NCBI GenBank assembly: GCA_965199935.1
Contig: CBDATD010000002.1
Span: 128,050 to 192,049 of the forward strand
Direction of reading: 5' to 3'
Length of the DNA stretch: 64,000 bases
DNA from: Bdellovibrionales bacterium
GTDB taxonomy: Bacteria > Bdellovibrionota > Bdellovibrionia > Bdellovibrionales > UBA1609
Part shown: piece after piece, positions 55,985-63,889 of the stretch
How positions within the stretch are numbered: the first letter of the stretch is position 1
How the letters are laid out: every line of letters starts with the position of its first letter
Program-made: the position numbers and the translations under genes
The notes under the pieces: generated by a model
What the model was told of the DNA's origin: nothing
The model's input: the letters and a program-made list of their open reading frames with translations, nothing else
The model's database searches: none

Positions 55985-56854
55985 TTGTATTTTCACGTGG
56001 TAAATACCCTCTTTTATATGTGTGAGGTGGAAAGTTTGGTCAATTTTGAGGAAATACAAACGTCAGTGGATTGCGACTGCAAAAGAGTGACAGTTACGCA
56101 CACAAAATGTAAATATTCTCGCGAAGAAGATACTCAACCATTAGGGACATCTAAATGGAAAGGTGTGATTACATCACTAGTTACGTGTCTTTTCTTTAAA
56201 TTTGTTCCCATTTCAATTTTCGTTGTTATATGTTTCCCTCTTTCGGACTTTTCGGCAAAATTTGCAATTCTTTTTCCATTGTCCAATTGTTGTGTAGATA
56301 AGTTTGGTGAAGTAGATATGCATAGTTCAAAAATGTCTCAAAAAATAGCTAATTCGCATCAACTTAATAAACATACACCCACCGTTTCCAAGAAATCTGA
56401 ACCTCTGATGAAGGAGGCAAATGAAGCAAATCTTTTGATCAAAGCTATGAAGGATAGAGCTTATATAAAAGCTCGTACATTAATAATAGATGTCGGAGTT
56501 GATGTAAATTTTCAAGATAAGAGTGGAAACTCACCTCTACATATAGCCTCTTTTGATGGGAGCAGGGATATGATTGATTTGCTTCTGGACAATGAAGCGT
56601 CGATGGCTGTTCAAAATAATGAAGGAAATACCCCTTTACATATCCTTGCAAGAGAGGGGTACTATGAGATTATTTCTGAGTTGGGATTTTTAAATGAAGA
56701 AGATATGGAGTGTATTGCAAGTGTAAAAAATACTAAAGGGCATACAGCGTTGGATTTGGCTTATGCCAGTATGGTGAATGAAGAGTATTTTAAGAATTCT
56801 GTATTCGATGACTTATCGTCAATGAGATGTAGTGACATTGCACAATTGGAGTAA
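55985..56854 (+). CDS. ankyrin-repeat protein with hydrophobic N-terminal region
   Basis: The C-terminal half carries ANK units (GNSPLHIASFDGSRDMIDLLLDNEA, GNTPLHILAREGYYEII, GHTALDLA). The N-terminal part has TM-like segments (VITSLVTCLFFKFVPISIFVVICF). The start is uncertain (TTG at 55985, or the internal ATG at ~56319). Confidence 0.65.
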   Translation: MYFHVVNTLFYMCEVESLVNFEEIQTSVDCDCKRVTVTHTKCKYSREEDTQPLGTSKWKGVITSLVTCLFFKFVPISIFVVICFPLSDFSAKFAILFPLSNCCVDKFGEVDMHSSKMSQKIANSHQLNKHTPTVSKKSEPLMKEANEANLLIKAMKDRAYIKARTLIIDVGVDVNFQDKSGNSPLHIASFDGSRDMIDLLLDNEASMAVQNNEGNTPLHILAREGYYEIISELGFLNEEDMECIASVKNTKGHTALDLAYASMVNEEYFKNSVFDDLSSMRCSDIAQLE

Positions 56855-57165
56855 ACTACCGCTTCCTCCGGTGAAGTCTTCGTAGTCGAGATACAGGGGT
56901 GTTGAGAGCGGGGTTGCCTAGCTTCCGCTGCCAGAGCCGTCGTAATCGATACAAGGGTATCCACTGCATTGTGGGGCCAAAGGATGTACTTTACCGCTGT
57001 AATCATCTAAATCTTGAAAGTCATTGCAGTTCGTATTTCCTAATATTTCGTCAGCTTCGTAGTAGGGGCAGTCGCCTCCTTCTTCTCCGTCAAGGTCTGG
57101 ATCACCGCTTCGTCCGTCTGAATCTTGAAAGTTCAAAAATTCTTCTTTACTGGTGTGAAACCTAG
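56855..57165 (-). pseudogene. remnants R5a+R5b of the 3' end of the 61401..62783 gene family (best-preserved copy)
   Basis: R5b (56918-57165) on the minus strand reads KEEFLNFQDSDGRSGDPDLDGEEGGDCPYYEADEILGNTNCNDFQDLDDYSGKVHPLAPQCSGYPCIDYDGSGSGS*. About 150 bp of it are near-identical to 61470-61620. After its stop comes GCAACCCCGCTCTCAACACCCC and then a tail-only copy, R5a (56855-56917, ..YLDYEDFTGGSGS), which abuts the ankyrin gene stop. Confidence 0.85.
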
Positions 57166-57403
57166 TGAAATTTCGAAAAAATGTAAAGAGTTTCACATGA
57201 AAGATGAATTTGACAAGGATATTCAAAAATTAGGTAAAATCAATTTTAGAATAACGTTCCCTATGAGTATTAAAGATCGAAAATAATACATAGATTTTTT
57301 GTATGTAAATAATATATTTTTGAACTATGTTCTTGAGGAGGCACAAAGGGAATAAAGCACTAAGATCAAATCTGTATCTGATACTTCCAGAAGGAGAAAG
57401 CTT

Positions 57404-57910
57404 GTGAAAAGAATTAAAAAATTCAAAAGAAGAAAAACTTATTAGTCAATTCAAGAAAAAATTGTCATTAACTTCTTTTAAAGAAAACCAGAAAAACTTG
57501 TCTAATTATTTAGGTACAATGCTACTTTAAGAAAAATGAAAGGGAGGAGAGGGAGAGCAAGCCTATGCAGAAATTTGCACTCTTCTCAAATTAGGAACTC
57601 ACCATAAAACTTCACATCTGAAGTGGGCTGGTGACCAGCGGGATGGAAACGCTTTTGATGGGATACTGTATTTCGATCAAGACGAACAAAAAGTTGAAAT
57701 TTCTGCATCAATTAACCCGGAAGAAATAAAGGATTATAGAAAAAAGGATGGACATCGAGAGATGACAAAAAGTGTTGTACAATCAATGAAAAAACGAATT
57801 TTTCTGAAGATTTTCTTAGAAAGTATTGGACATCTTGCAAAAATCTAGAGAAGTTTCTTTTGAGGTATTCCCCAATTATAGTAGAAGATTTTGTATATAA
57901 ATTGAGGAGA
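57404..57910 (+). pseudogene. decayed paralog of gene 37615..38394
   Basis: Nucleotide similarity is evident from GAAAGCTTGTGAAAAG (compare GGAAGCTTGTGAGAAG at 37640) through ...ATAGTAGAAGATTTTGTATATAA. The frame from the GTG at 57404 stops after 13 codons, there are multiple indels, and the 3' third is missing. Confidence 0.7.
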
Positions 57911-57965
57911 GGAAAAAGTAGCTCATTTGAACTGTCTATTGATGGTTGCTGCTTTAGGGGCGTAA

Positions 57966-58634
57966 TCAGCTCTCTTTTGGTATCATTTTTAACTCTTTAA
58001 GAAGTTTTTCTTTTACTGCATCATAAACGAAGAATTGTCTTGATAATAGGTCTCTTTTCAAAAATTCCTTATCTTCTGGAATAACAGGAGAGATGTGTTT
58101 TTCAATATTTTGTTCCATTTTTTTGAAATTTAAAAAATCCAATCCAGAAATAGAAGACCATCGTATAAGAAATATAGCATTAAGAATAATTCTCTTATAA
58201 GCTGAGTAAAGTTTCCATACATCTTCTGATAAATAAGGTTCAATTTTATGCTCATTGAGTCCTTCTCTACATTCTTTTTCAATACTTTGAATTATTGGAC
58301 TGAGCCATCTTTCTGTTTCTTGGAAAGCATTTTTCAGTTTTATTTTGTTTGTCTCTTCCAGGGTTTCCCAGTTTTTCAATTTTTTAAAATTCAAATTCTG
58401 CAACCATCCACAAATAGATTCTCCTTGAGAGAAAGTCTTTATATTTTTGTTTATTTGTTCTATGGCATTTAATCTTTTTTTCTTAAGAAGGATATTTTCA
58501 TTCTCTTTGATTCTAATGTTTGATTTGTCCTCTTCTAATTCTTTTTTAAATTTTTGTTCCACATATTTTTTGAGAAACCAACCAAAAGCTGATCCTATTG
58601 TAAAGATTAAAGACATAATTAGTTTTTCAAGCAT
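57966..58634 (-). CDS. hypothetical N-terminally membrane-anchored protein
   Basis: 222 aa with an N-terminal TM (LIMSLIFTIGSAFGWFL). The rest is charged and helical. No recognisable motif. Confidence 0.45.
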   Translation of the reverse strand: MLEKLIMSLIFTIGSAFGWFLKKYVEQKFKKELEEDKSNIRIKENENILLKKKRLNAIEQINKNIKTFSQGESICGWLQNLNFKKLKNWETLEETNKIKLKNAFQETERWLSPIIQSIEKECREGLNEHKIEPYLSEDVWKLYSAYKRIILNAIFLIRWSSISGLDFLNFKKMEQNIEKHISPVIPEDKEFLKRDLLSRQFFVYDAVKEKLLKELKMIPKES

Positions 58635-58895
58635 AAATTTCCGTTCTCAGTTAATTTTAGAGATATTGTATTTGTCGATGGAATATACTCTACTTGCTCC
58701 CTTCATGCCAAGAGCCAAAATGAAAAGAATACTGGCTGTAGTTATGCATCTCTCTAGGAGACACATCATTCTCTCAGCATAAAAATAGTTACTCACATAT
58801 TACATAGTTCTTTTTTTTTGTTGGCAGTATTTAGCTGTAATCAGGGGAAATGTTCCTTTTTTTCTACGAATTAGACGCTCGATAATTGTCGAATT

Positions 58896-58932
58896 CTGGA
58901 CTATAGAGGAAAATTTTAGTAAAATACAGAAA
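58896..58932 (+). promoter_or_regulatory. conserved promoter-like module (copy 2), upstream of gene 58955
   Basis: CTGGACTATAGAGGAAAATTTTAGTAAAATACAGAAA contains TGGACT, a 17-nt spacer, then TAAAAT. It has 2 mismatches to 49209-49245. Confidence 0.5.
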
Positions 58933-58954
58933 TGTAGCCCTTTTAGGAGTTTCT

Positions 58955-59785
58955 GTGGATTCTACACTATTAATTTCAATATTTGCTTTAGGGATGACCG
59001 TGCTTGCTTTTGTAATGGCAGTAGTTACTCTCTGTTTGCAGTGCAGGGGAAATAAAATTGCTAACGATGTAAACAAACAGTCAGAGAAAATTTCAAAACA
59101 TCAAGATCGTATAGAATTTTTCCAAAAAAAGAATCATGTTATAGGTCAGGTTAAAAATTTAGAGCTTTCTGAAGAAAGTTCTATCAAACTTGTAAACGAT
59201 ATAGAGTTTATATTTGAAAATAGATTCAGTCATATAGTGGTTAAAGATACAGAAGGCTCATTTCCTGAACTTTCTATGAGTAGTTGTGGAAGTGCAGATG
59301 AAGCAGACAATTGGATTAATCAATTAAAAGAAAAAATCATTAAAATTCATCTAATAAAAGAAGGAGAAAGATCTTATGCTCTTCCTTCTGTGTCAGAGGA
59401 TTTTGAAAGGAAAGAAGGTTTAGAAATGGGTCAAATAAAAGGCTTAGAAGATGAGCATTATTATTGGAAGAATAGCCAAATCACATACATTCCTGGATTT
59501 TTATTTGTTATAGAGAAAATAGGATATAAAGGTAGGAACAGCGTAGAATCAAAAAATGAGCGTGATGAAAGTATTGAGCTTAAACATCGGTTTTTTAAGA
59601 AAGCTACTTTAGATACAGAGGAGAGATATGTTTTGTATGTATCTAAAGCAGGGAAAGACTTTAGATGGATAATTTATGATTTTCCTAATCATGAAAGTGT
59701 GAGAGTAGAGGTTAAATTTGTTAATCCAAATAGATTAGAAGAACACGCAAATGCCTTAAAAGCATTCCTTGAGTGGGGACACTAG
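58955..59785 (+). CDS. hypothetical N-terminally membrane-anchored protein
   Basis: GTG start with an N-terminal TM (LLISIFALGMTVLAFVMAVVTLCL). 276 aa with no recognisable motif. Its last codons (..EWGH*) lie inside the repeat motif, and its stop shares a CTAG with remnant R6. Confidence 0.45.
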   Translation: MDSTLLISIFALGMTVLAFVMAVVTLCLQCRGNKIANDVNKQSEKISKHQDRIEFFQKKNHVIGQVKNLELSEESSIKLVNDIEFIFENRFSHIVVKDTEGSFPELSMSSCGSADEADNWINQLKEKIIKIHLIKEGERSYALPSVSEDFERKEGLEMGQIKGLEDEHYYWKNSQITYIPGFLFVIEKIGYKGRNSVESKNERDESIELKHRFFKKATLDTEERYVLYVSKAGKDFRWIIYDFPNHESVRVEVKFVNPNRLEEHANALKAFLEWGH

Positions 59786-59870
59786 CTTCCGCCGGCGGAG
59801 CCTTCGTAGTTGAAAGGGGTATCCACTGCATTGTGGGGCTATAAGCTACTGTTCTTTAAAGTCACTGCCT
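59782..59870 (-). repeat. remnant R6 of the 61401..62783 3'-end repeat
   Basis: The minus strand reads ..PHNAVDTPFNYEGSAGGS* (stop at 59782-59784). The segment GGGGTATCCACTGCATTGTGGGGC matches R5b and R2. Sequence downstream of the stop (TGTCCCCACTCA) matches the post-stop motif. Confidence 0.6.
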
Positions 59871-59932
59871 CAAATGACTAATAAAAATTAGGTTATTGGA
59901 ATTGGTGATCGAAATAAAGGACAGAGAACAGA

Positions 59933-61123
59933 TCATCTATATTCGTATTGTGAGACGGTACATTGAAGTCTTTGTATTAAGTCATCATAAGTAATTATAT
60001 CAATAATGTTTTTATATTTTCTTTTAATAATTTCAAAATCTTCTTTTTGTTCTAAGTTTAAGTTATTACTTCTACCTAAAACAATCATTGCTCCAGGATT
60101 GGTAATTTTTATTTGACAATTATTTGGCAAATTGTTATTATATTTCTTGTTTAAATAGTCCTCTCCTCGTTTTCCCCATTTGTTTAGATGTAAGATATAT
60201 TTTTCCACTTGCATCACAGTTCCTGAGAGTTCTTTCACTGGACAATAATTTCCCCTGTAATTTGGATTGTCTGGAACAATTTGGTGATCTAAAGGTCTTT
60301 TTATTTCTAAAATATCAATATATCCTTCTGAATCGACCAATAAATAATCTAATTCTCTTTTTTTATTTTCTGTGTAGGAGTCTTTTATTTTGACTTTTTG
60401 GAAAACTTTTATATATTTTGGAAAAATTAAAAGTAATATCTCGATAATTTCTTCTTGCCATTGCTTTTCGTTATAATGGTCTTCTTTACTAAGCATATTT
60501 TTTAATTTTTTTAAAATGACTGAATATTTATCTTTTTCATAATTTCTAAAATTATCTAGTAAATTGAAACCTTGAACACTCTTTTTTTTATTCATATATT
60601 TCTCATATTTATCTTTCACATCTACTCTTGTACTTTCAAAATACTTTGTTAAAATTACGGATAACCTTAATTCACAATATTTTTTCTTTTCTGTTGTATT
60701 TGGAAATTGCTTTAATAAGTCTTTAAAACCTTCGTGAGAAATTGAACTTTTATTAGCTCCTCCTAAAAAAAATGATTCACTAATCAAATTGTCAATATGT
60801 TTAAAAATGGAAATCGTGTAATTTGTCACAAAATATTTTTTCTCTAGTTTAATATCTTTATAGATGTAAAGATTATTAGTAATACCCAAGATTTCTTTAT
60901 TTATTTTATAATATCCTTTCTCAAGTACTCCAAACTTAAATTTATAATCAAGATATTCTGATGTTTTAAATTTTTTAACTAGATTATGCTTTGTAAGATG
61001 AAAGGTCTTATCAAAGCAGACACCTTCATTATTTCGAAATTTATCATTTAGCCAAGTAGGCTCATCATCTGGTAAATATTCTAATATTAAAATATTATTA
61101 TTTTTTACAAATTTGATCATCAT
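59933..61123 (-). CDS. Shedu-like (SduA/DUF4263) PD-(D/E)XK nuclease-domain protein (tentative)
   Basis: 396 aa. The C-terminal third contains RELDYLLVDSEGYIDILEIKRP...QVEKY, matching the D...(E/Q)xK core and spacing I associate with DUF4263. It is a single-gene cassette. Confidence 0.6.
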   Translation of the reverse strand: MMIKFVKNNNILILEYLPDDEPTWLNDKFRNNEGVCFDKTFHLTKHNLVKKFKTSEYLDYKFKFGVLEKGYYKINKEILGITNNLYIYKDIKLEKKYFVTNYTISIFKHIDNLISESFFLGGANKSSISHEGFKDLLKQFPNTTEKKKYCELRLSVILTKYFESTRVDVKDKYEKYMNKKKSVQGFNLLDNFRNYEKDKYSVILKKLKNMLSKEDHYNEKQWQEEIIEILLLIFPKYIKVFQKVKIKDSYTENKKRELDYLLVDSEGYIDILEIKRPLDHQIVPDNPNYRGNYCPVKELSGTVMQVEKYILHLNKWGKRGEDYLNKKYNNNLPNNCQIKITNPGAMIVLGRSNNLNLEQKEDFEIIKRKYKNIIDIITYDDLIQRLQCTVSQYEYR

Positions 61124-61319
61124 ATTTTATTATGAACATACTATGTCAACATTTTCAATGGTTCAAATGTCCTTGCGGGATTACAAAAAAATTACCCTCT
61201 GGATCAGAAACAGGAGTTTTTAGGATTAATGTATTGGATAATATTGTTTTTACAGGTGAGGCGATACGCAAAATGAGAGGGATGGTGAGTACCTGGAGGA
61301 ATCACCCTTCCCGTCGTAG

Positions 61320-61400
61320 TTAATACGGGGGTGTGAGTGGGAACATTAATCGCCGGCGGAGCCTTCGTAGTTGATGCAGGGGTGTGAGGGTGGGGTTCGC
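61320..61400 (-). repeat. remnants R7: tandem tail-lets directly downstream of the intact gene's stop
   Basis: The minus strand after the stop (TAG, 61401-61403) reads GCGAACCCCACCCTCACACC, then CCTGCATCAACTACGAAGGCTCCGCCGGCGATTAA (PCINYEGSAGD*), then TGTTCCCACTCACACCCCCG, then TATTAACTACGACGG. These are repeated units of tail, stop and post-stop motif. Confidence 0.7.
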
Positions 61401-62783
61401 CTAGTTACCTCCGCCTCCGCCGCCTGAGTTTTCATAATCAACCTTTGGATACGAATTCAAGGTATTGAAGTCATCTAAATCTTGAAAGTCATTGCAGTTC
61501 GTATTTCCTAATATTTCATCGGCTTCATAATAGGGGCAGTCACCGCCTTCTTCTCCGTCAAGGTCTGGATCACCGCTTCGTCCGTCTGAATCTTTAAAGT
61601 TCAAAAATTCTTCCTTTGTATTCCATTCTCGAATCATTAGATGTGTTCTATGTAGAGCATCAAAGTTTGAATCTAAGCATTCCAAAGTAAAATATGGATA
61701 TCCTATTGGCAGATGTACTTGTGGTGAGTTCTCATCTTTTCGAGATTCATCTGGAAAAAACATTAGTGGGCAATCAGGACAAGAATATGAATTAGTTCTT
61801 TGATTTTCTCCTGGAAAAAATCCTGGTGGGTTGTCTGTAAAAATTAAATCCTCAATACCATCAAAGTAATTGACAGTAGGAGTGCTTTTATTCACAAAAC
61901 GATCTTGAAATATTGGACCCACCATAAAAGTTTCTCGTCTTCCCCGAGTCCAAGAAGAAAACACTTGCGGTATAGGGTATTCTATTTCCAGTTTATAATC
62001 ATTTATGAAAGCGAGGGTGACATTCCTTTGTGCAGGCCAATCAGAGGATCGGACTGGACCTCCAATGCAGTTGCTAAGCTCTCCTCCCCATTCTTTTTCT
62101 GCGGTATCCGATTCGTTTTCTACTGTACAATCATCAACACTCCCAGTAGTACTTTTATATTGAGTAGTTTCGGCCATACCAAAGCAACAATTGCTTAAAC
62201 CTGACTCAGACAGATCATAATCACAACTTTCCTCTTGGTCTTCTTCTTGTAAGATCCATCCTGTACCTGTTGATCTGATCCACGTTTCTTCCTCAAAAGT
62301 TTCTGAATCTTCATTTGTGACTTTACATTCATCTACTGAAAGTGGCCCTATTCCAGAACGTTGATTCCAATGCCAGGGGGCCATGAAGGTAGTGTATTCA
62401 CACATCTCTCTAGGGACGTTGTATTGTATGGGGATTCCCTCTTCTGCCTGCCCCAATACGCCAATATCCGCCTCATTCAAATCTAAAATGCAGTACAAGT
62501 CCTCCACAGACTCCGTGTTTTTGTCTATACCGCAGTCAATGAGGCCGATGGTGTCGTTAGAACTCAGCTCATACAAAGGGACAGCAAGCCCTTGTCCTTC
62601 GTAGTGACCTGTATCGAATTTAATATAAAAACGATCGTCAATATCCTCACTGGTTAGCTCAGAGAAAACATCTATCGTGGGAACGCAGGACAGGCAGAAA
62701 TAAAATATAAAGAAATAGATTCCCGCTTTTATAGATTTTAAAGACACTTCTATATGTTCTCCTGTTATCCGTGAAACGTACAC
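61401..62783 (-). CDS. secreted/lipoprotein-like Cys- and Asp/Glu-rich protein, unknown function (intact source of the R1-R7 repeats)
   Basis: 460 aa. It has an N-terminal hydrophobic segment with a lipobox-like FCLSC and many Cys residues. The acidic C-terminal module is KEEFLNFKDSDGRSGDPDLDGEEGGDCPYYEADEILGNTNCNDFQDLDDFNTLNSYPKVDYENSGGGGGGN. The start codon choice is uncertain. Confidence 0.6.
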   Translation of the reverse strand: MYVSRITGEHIEVSLKSIKAGIYFFIFYFCLSCVPTIDVFSELTSEDIDDRFYIKFDTGHYEGQGLAVPLYELSSNDTIGLIDCGIDKNTESVEDLYCILDLNEADIGVLGQAEEGIPIQYNVPREMCEYTTFMAPWHWNQRSGIGPLSVDECKVTNEDSETFEEETWIRSTGTGWILQEEDQEESCDYDLSESGLSNCCFGMAETTQYKSTTGSVDDCTVENESDTAEKEWGGELSNCIGGPVRSSDWPAQRNVTLAFINDYKLEIEYPIPQVFSSWTRGRRETFMVGPIFQDRFVNKSTPTVNYFDGIEDLIFTDNPPGFFPGENQRTNSYSCPDCPLMFFPDESRKDENSPQVHLPIGYPYFTLECLDSNFDALHRTHLMIREWNTKEEFLNFKDSDGRSGDPDLDGEEGGDCPYYEADEILGNTNCNDFQDLDDFNTLNSYPKVDYENSGGGGGGN

Positions 62784-62965
62784 TTCACGGACTCTTGAAA
62801 GACTGTATTATTATGACTAAAAACCTGAAAAAAAGGGAGAGCCAGCCCTTAAGCGGAAGATAAAACTAGACTTTATGAGAGGTGGTTTTGGGCAATTAGG
62901 ACAGTAGTGCTATGTAAGTTTTACACAAGCCGTTCAAGCTCTCACTAATCCAGCAAATTTAATTT

Positions 62966-63889
62966 TTGTTTCAATGTGAAACAGAAAAGAAACTTTTCTT
63001 TGATTTATTAAATCTTTTATTTAATAAAGATGGAGAAAGTAGTAGGAGGATTATGCTTGAACCTCAATCAGATAAAAAGACAATACTGCCTGTACATTGC
63101 CCAATATATTCTGATGAGATAGCAGTACTTATGGCAAGGTGTGCTGATATTGCCTATCACACTAGTAAAGAAGAAATAGAAGTTAAATTAAGGAATCTTC
63201 AACTAGAGTATGTAAATTTTAGTTCTGGAGAACCTCAATTTATCATTGCTGAACACAGGGAATTTTACATTGTTGCTTTTAGAGGGACGAAGGGAATATC
63301 CGACATTTTTAGTAATTTGCTTTTTATCAGTATGAAAACGAAAATGGGGAAACTACATAAGTTGTACACAAATAATTATTGTGAAATTCATAATCAGTTG
63401 ACAGAGTTTTTAGACAAAGCATTAAAAAAGGAGAAAAAGCCGGTTTATATCACAGGGCATTCTAGGGGAGGTGCTTTGGCCATTATAGCCGCTTCTCAAC
63501 TCTTTAAGCAAAATGTGGCGGCTTGTTATACTTTTGGCTCGCCTCCTATCAGCGAAGATAGATTGGACTGTTTCATAGAAAAGCCCATCTACAGGGTTGG
63601 AAATGAAGGTGATATTATTCCGCTGTTGTTAAAGTTTAAATATGAGCATATTGGTTCATTTTATTTTTTAACTAAAGATGGATGTGCATTAAGATCCCCG
63701 TATATTGGCTTTTCCAAAACGTCTAAAATCTTGTTTAAAAAATTAAATATTAAATTACAGATGTTTTTCAAAAATAAAGATATTTCTTATCCGGAGCATG
63801 ATATTAAGACATACATTAAAAAGCTAAAGAAAGTTGCTGAAAACAGAAAACGAATGAAATCAAAAAAGAAAATGATTTGTACGACTTAA
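62966..63889 (+). CDS. class-3 lipase-like alpha/beta hydrolase
   Basis: Lipase_3-type features are FIIAEHREFYIVAFRGTKG and the nucleophile elbow ITGHSRGGALAIIAA (GxSxG), followed by YTFGSPP. The start is uncertain (TTG at 62966, or the ATG at ~63053). Confidence 0.7.
   Translation: MFQCETEKKLFFDLLNLLFNKDGESSRRIMLEPQSDKKTILPVHCPIYSDEIAVLMARCADIAYHTSKEEIEVKLRNLQLEYVNFSSGEPQFIIAEHREFYIVAFRGTKGISDIFSNLLFISMKTKMGKLHKLYTNNYCEIHNQLTEFLDKALKKEKKPVYITGHSRGGALAIIAASQLFKQNVAACYTFGSPPISEDRLDCFIEKPIYRVGNEGDIIPLLLKFKYEHIGSFYFLTKDGCALRSPYIGFSKTSKILFKKLNIKLQMFFKNKDISYPEHDIKTYIKKLKKVAENRKRMKSKKKMICTT

Noticed and set aside
55770-57165. Plus-strand ORFs 55770..55955 and 56899..57165, which resemble each other (..GSRLLLLPQGLNHRFVRLNPESLKIQ.. 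versus ..GSRLLLLRQGLDHRFVRLNLESSKIL..)
   Set aside because: Their similarity arises because both are antisense to remnant repeats R4 and R5. The minus-strand reading matches the C-terminus of an intact 460-aa gene, so the plus-strand frames are shadows.
56918-57226. Track ORF 56918..57226 (-) as a functional 102-aa gene
   Set aside because: Only its C-terminal ~80 aa are homologous, to the 3' end of 61401..62783. The N-terminal 20 codons (MNILVKFIFHVKLFTFF..) are fortuitous read-through of AT-rich sequence, and the ORF lacks the signal peptide and body of the parent protein. I treat it as a remnant.
61132-61323. Track ORF 61132..61323 (+), 63 aa
   Set aside because: It lies in the gap between the Shedu-like gene start and the R7 tail-lets and runs into the repeat. 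It has no motif and no RBS, so it is probably non-coding.
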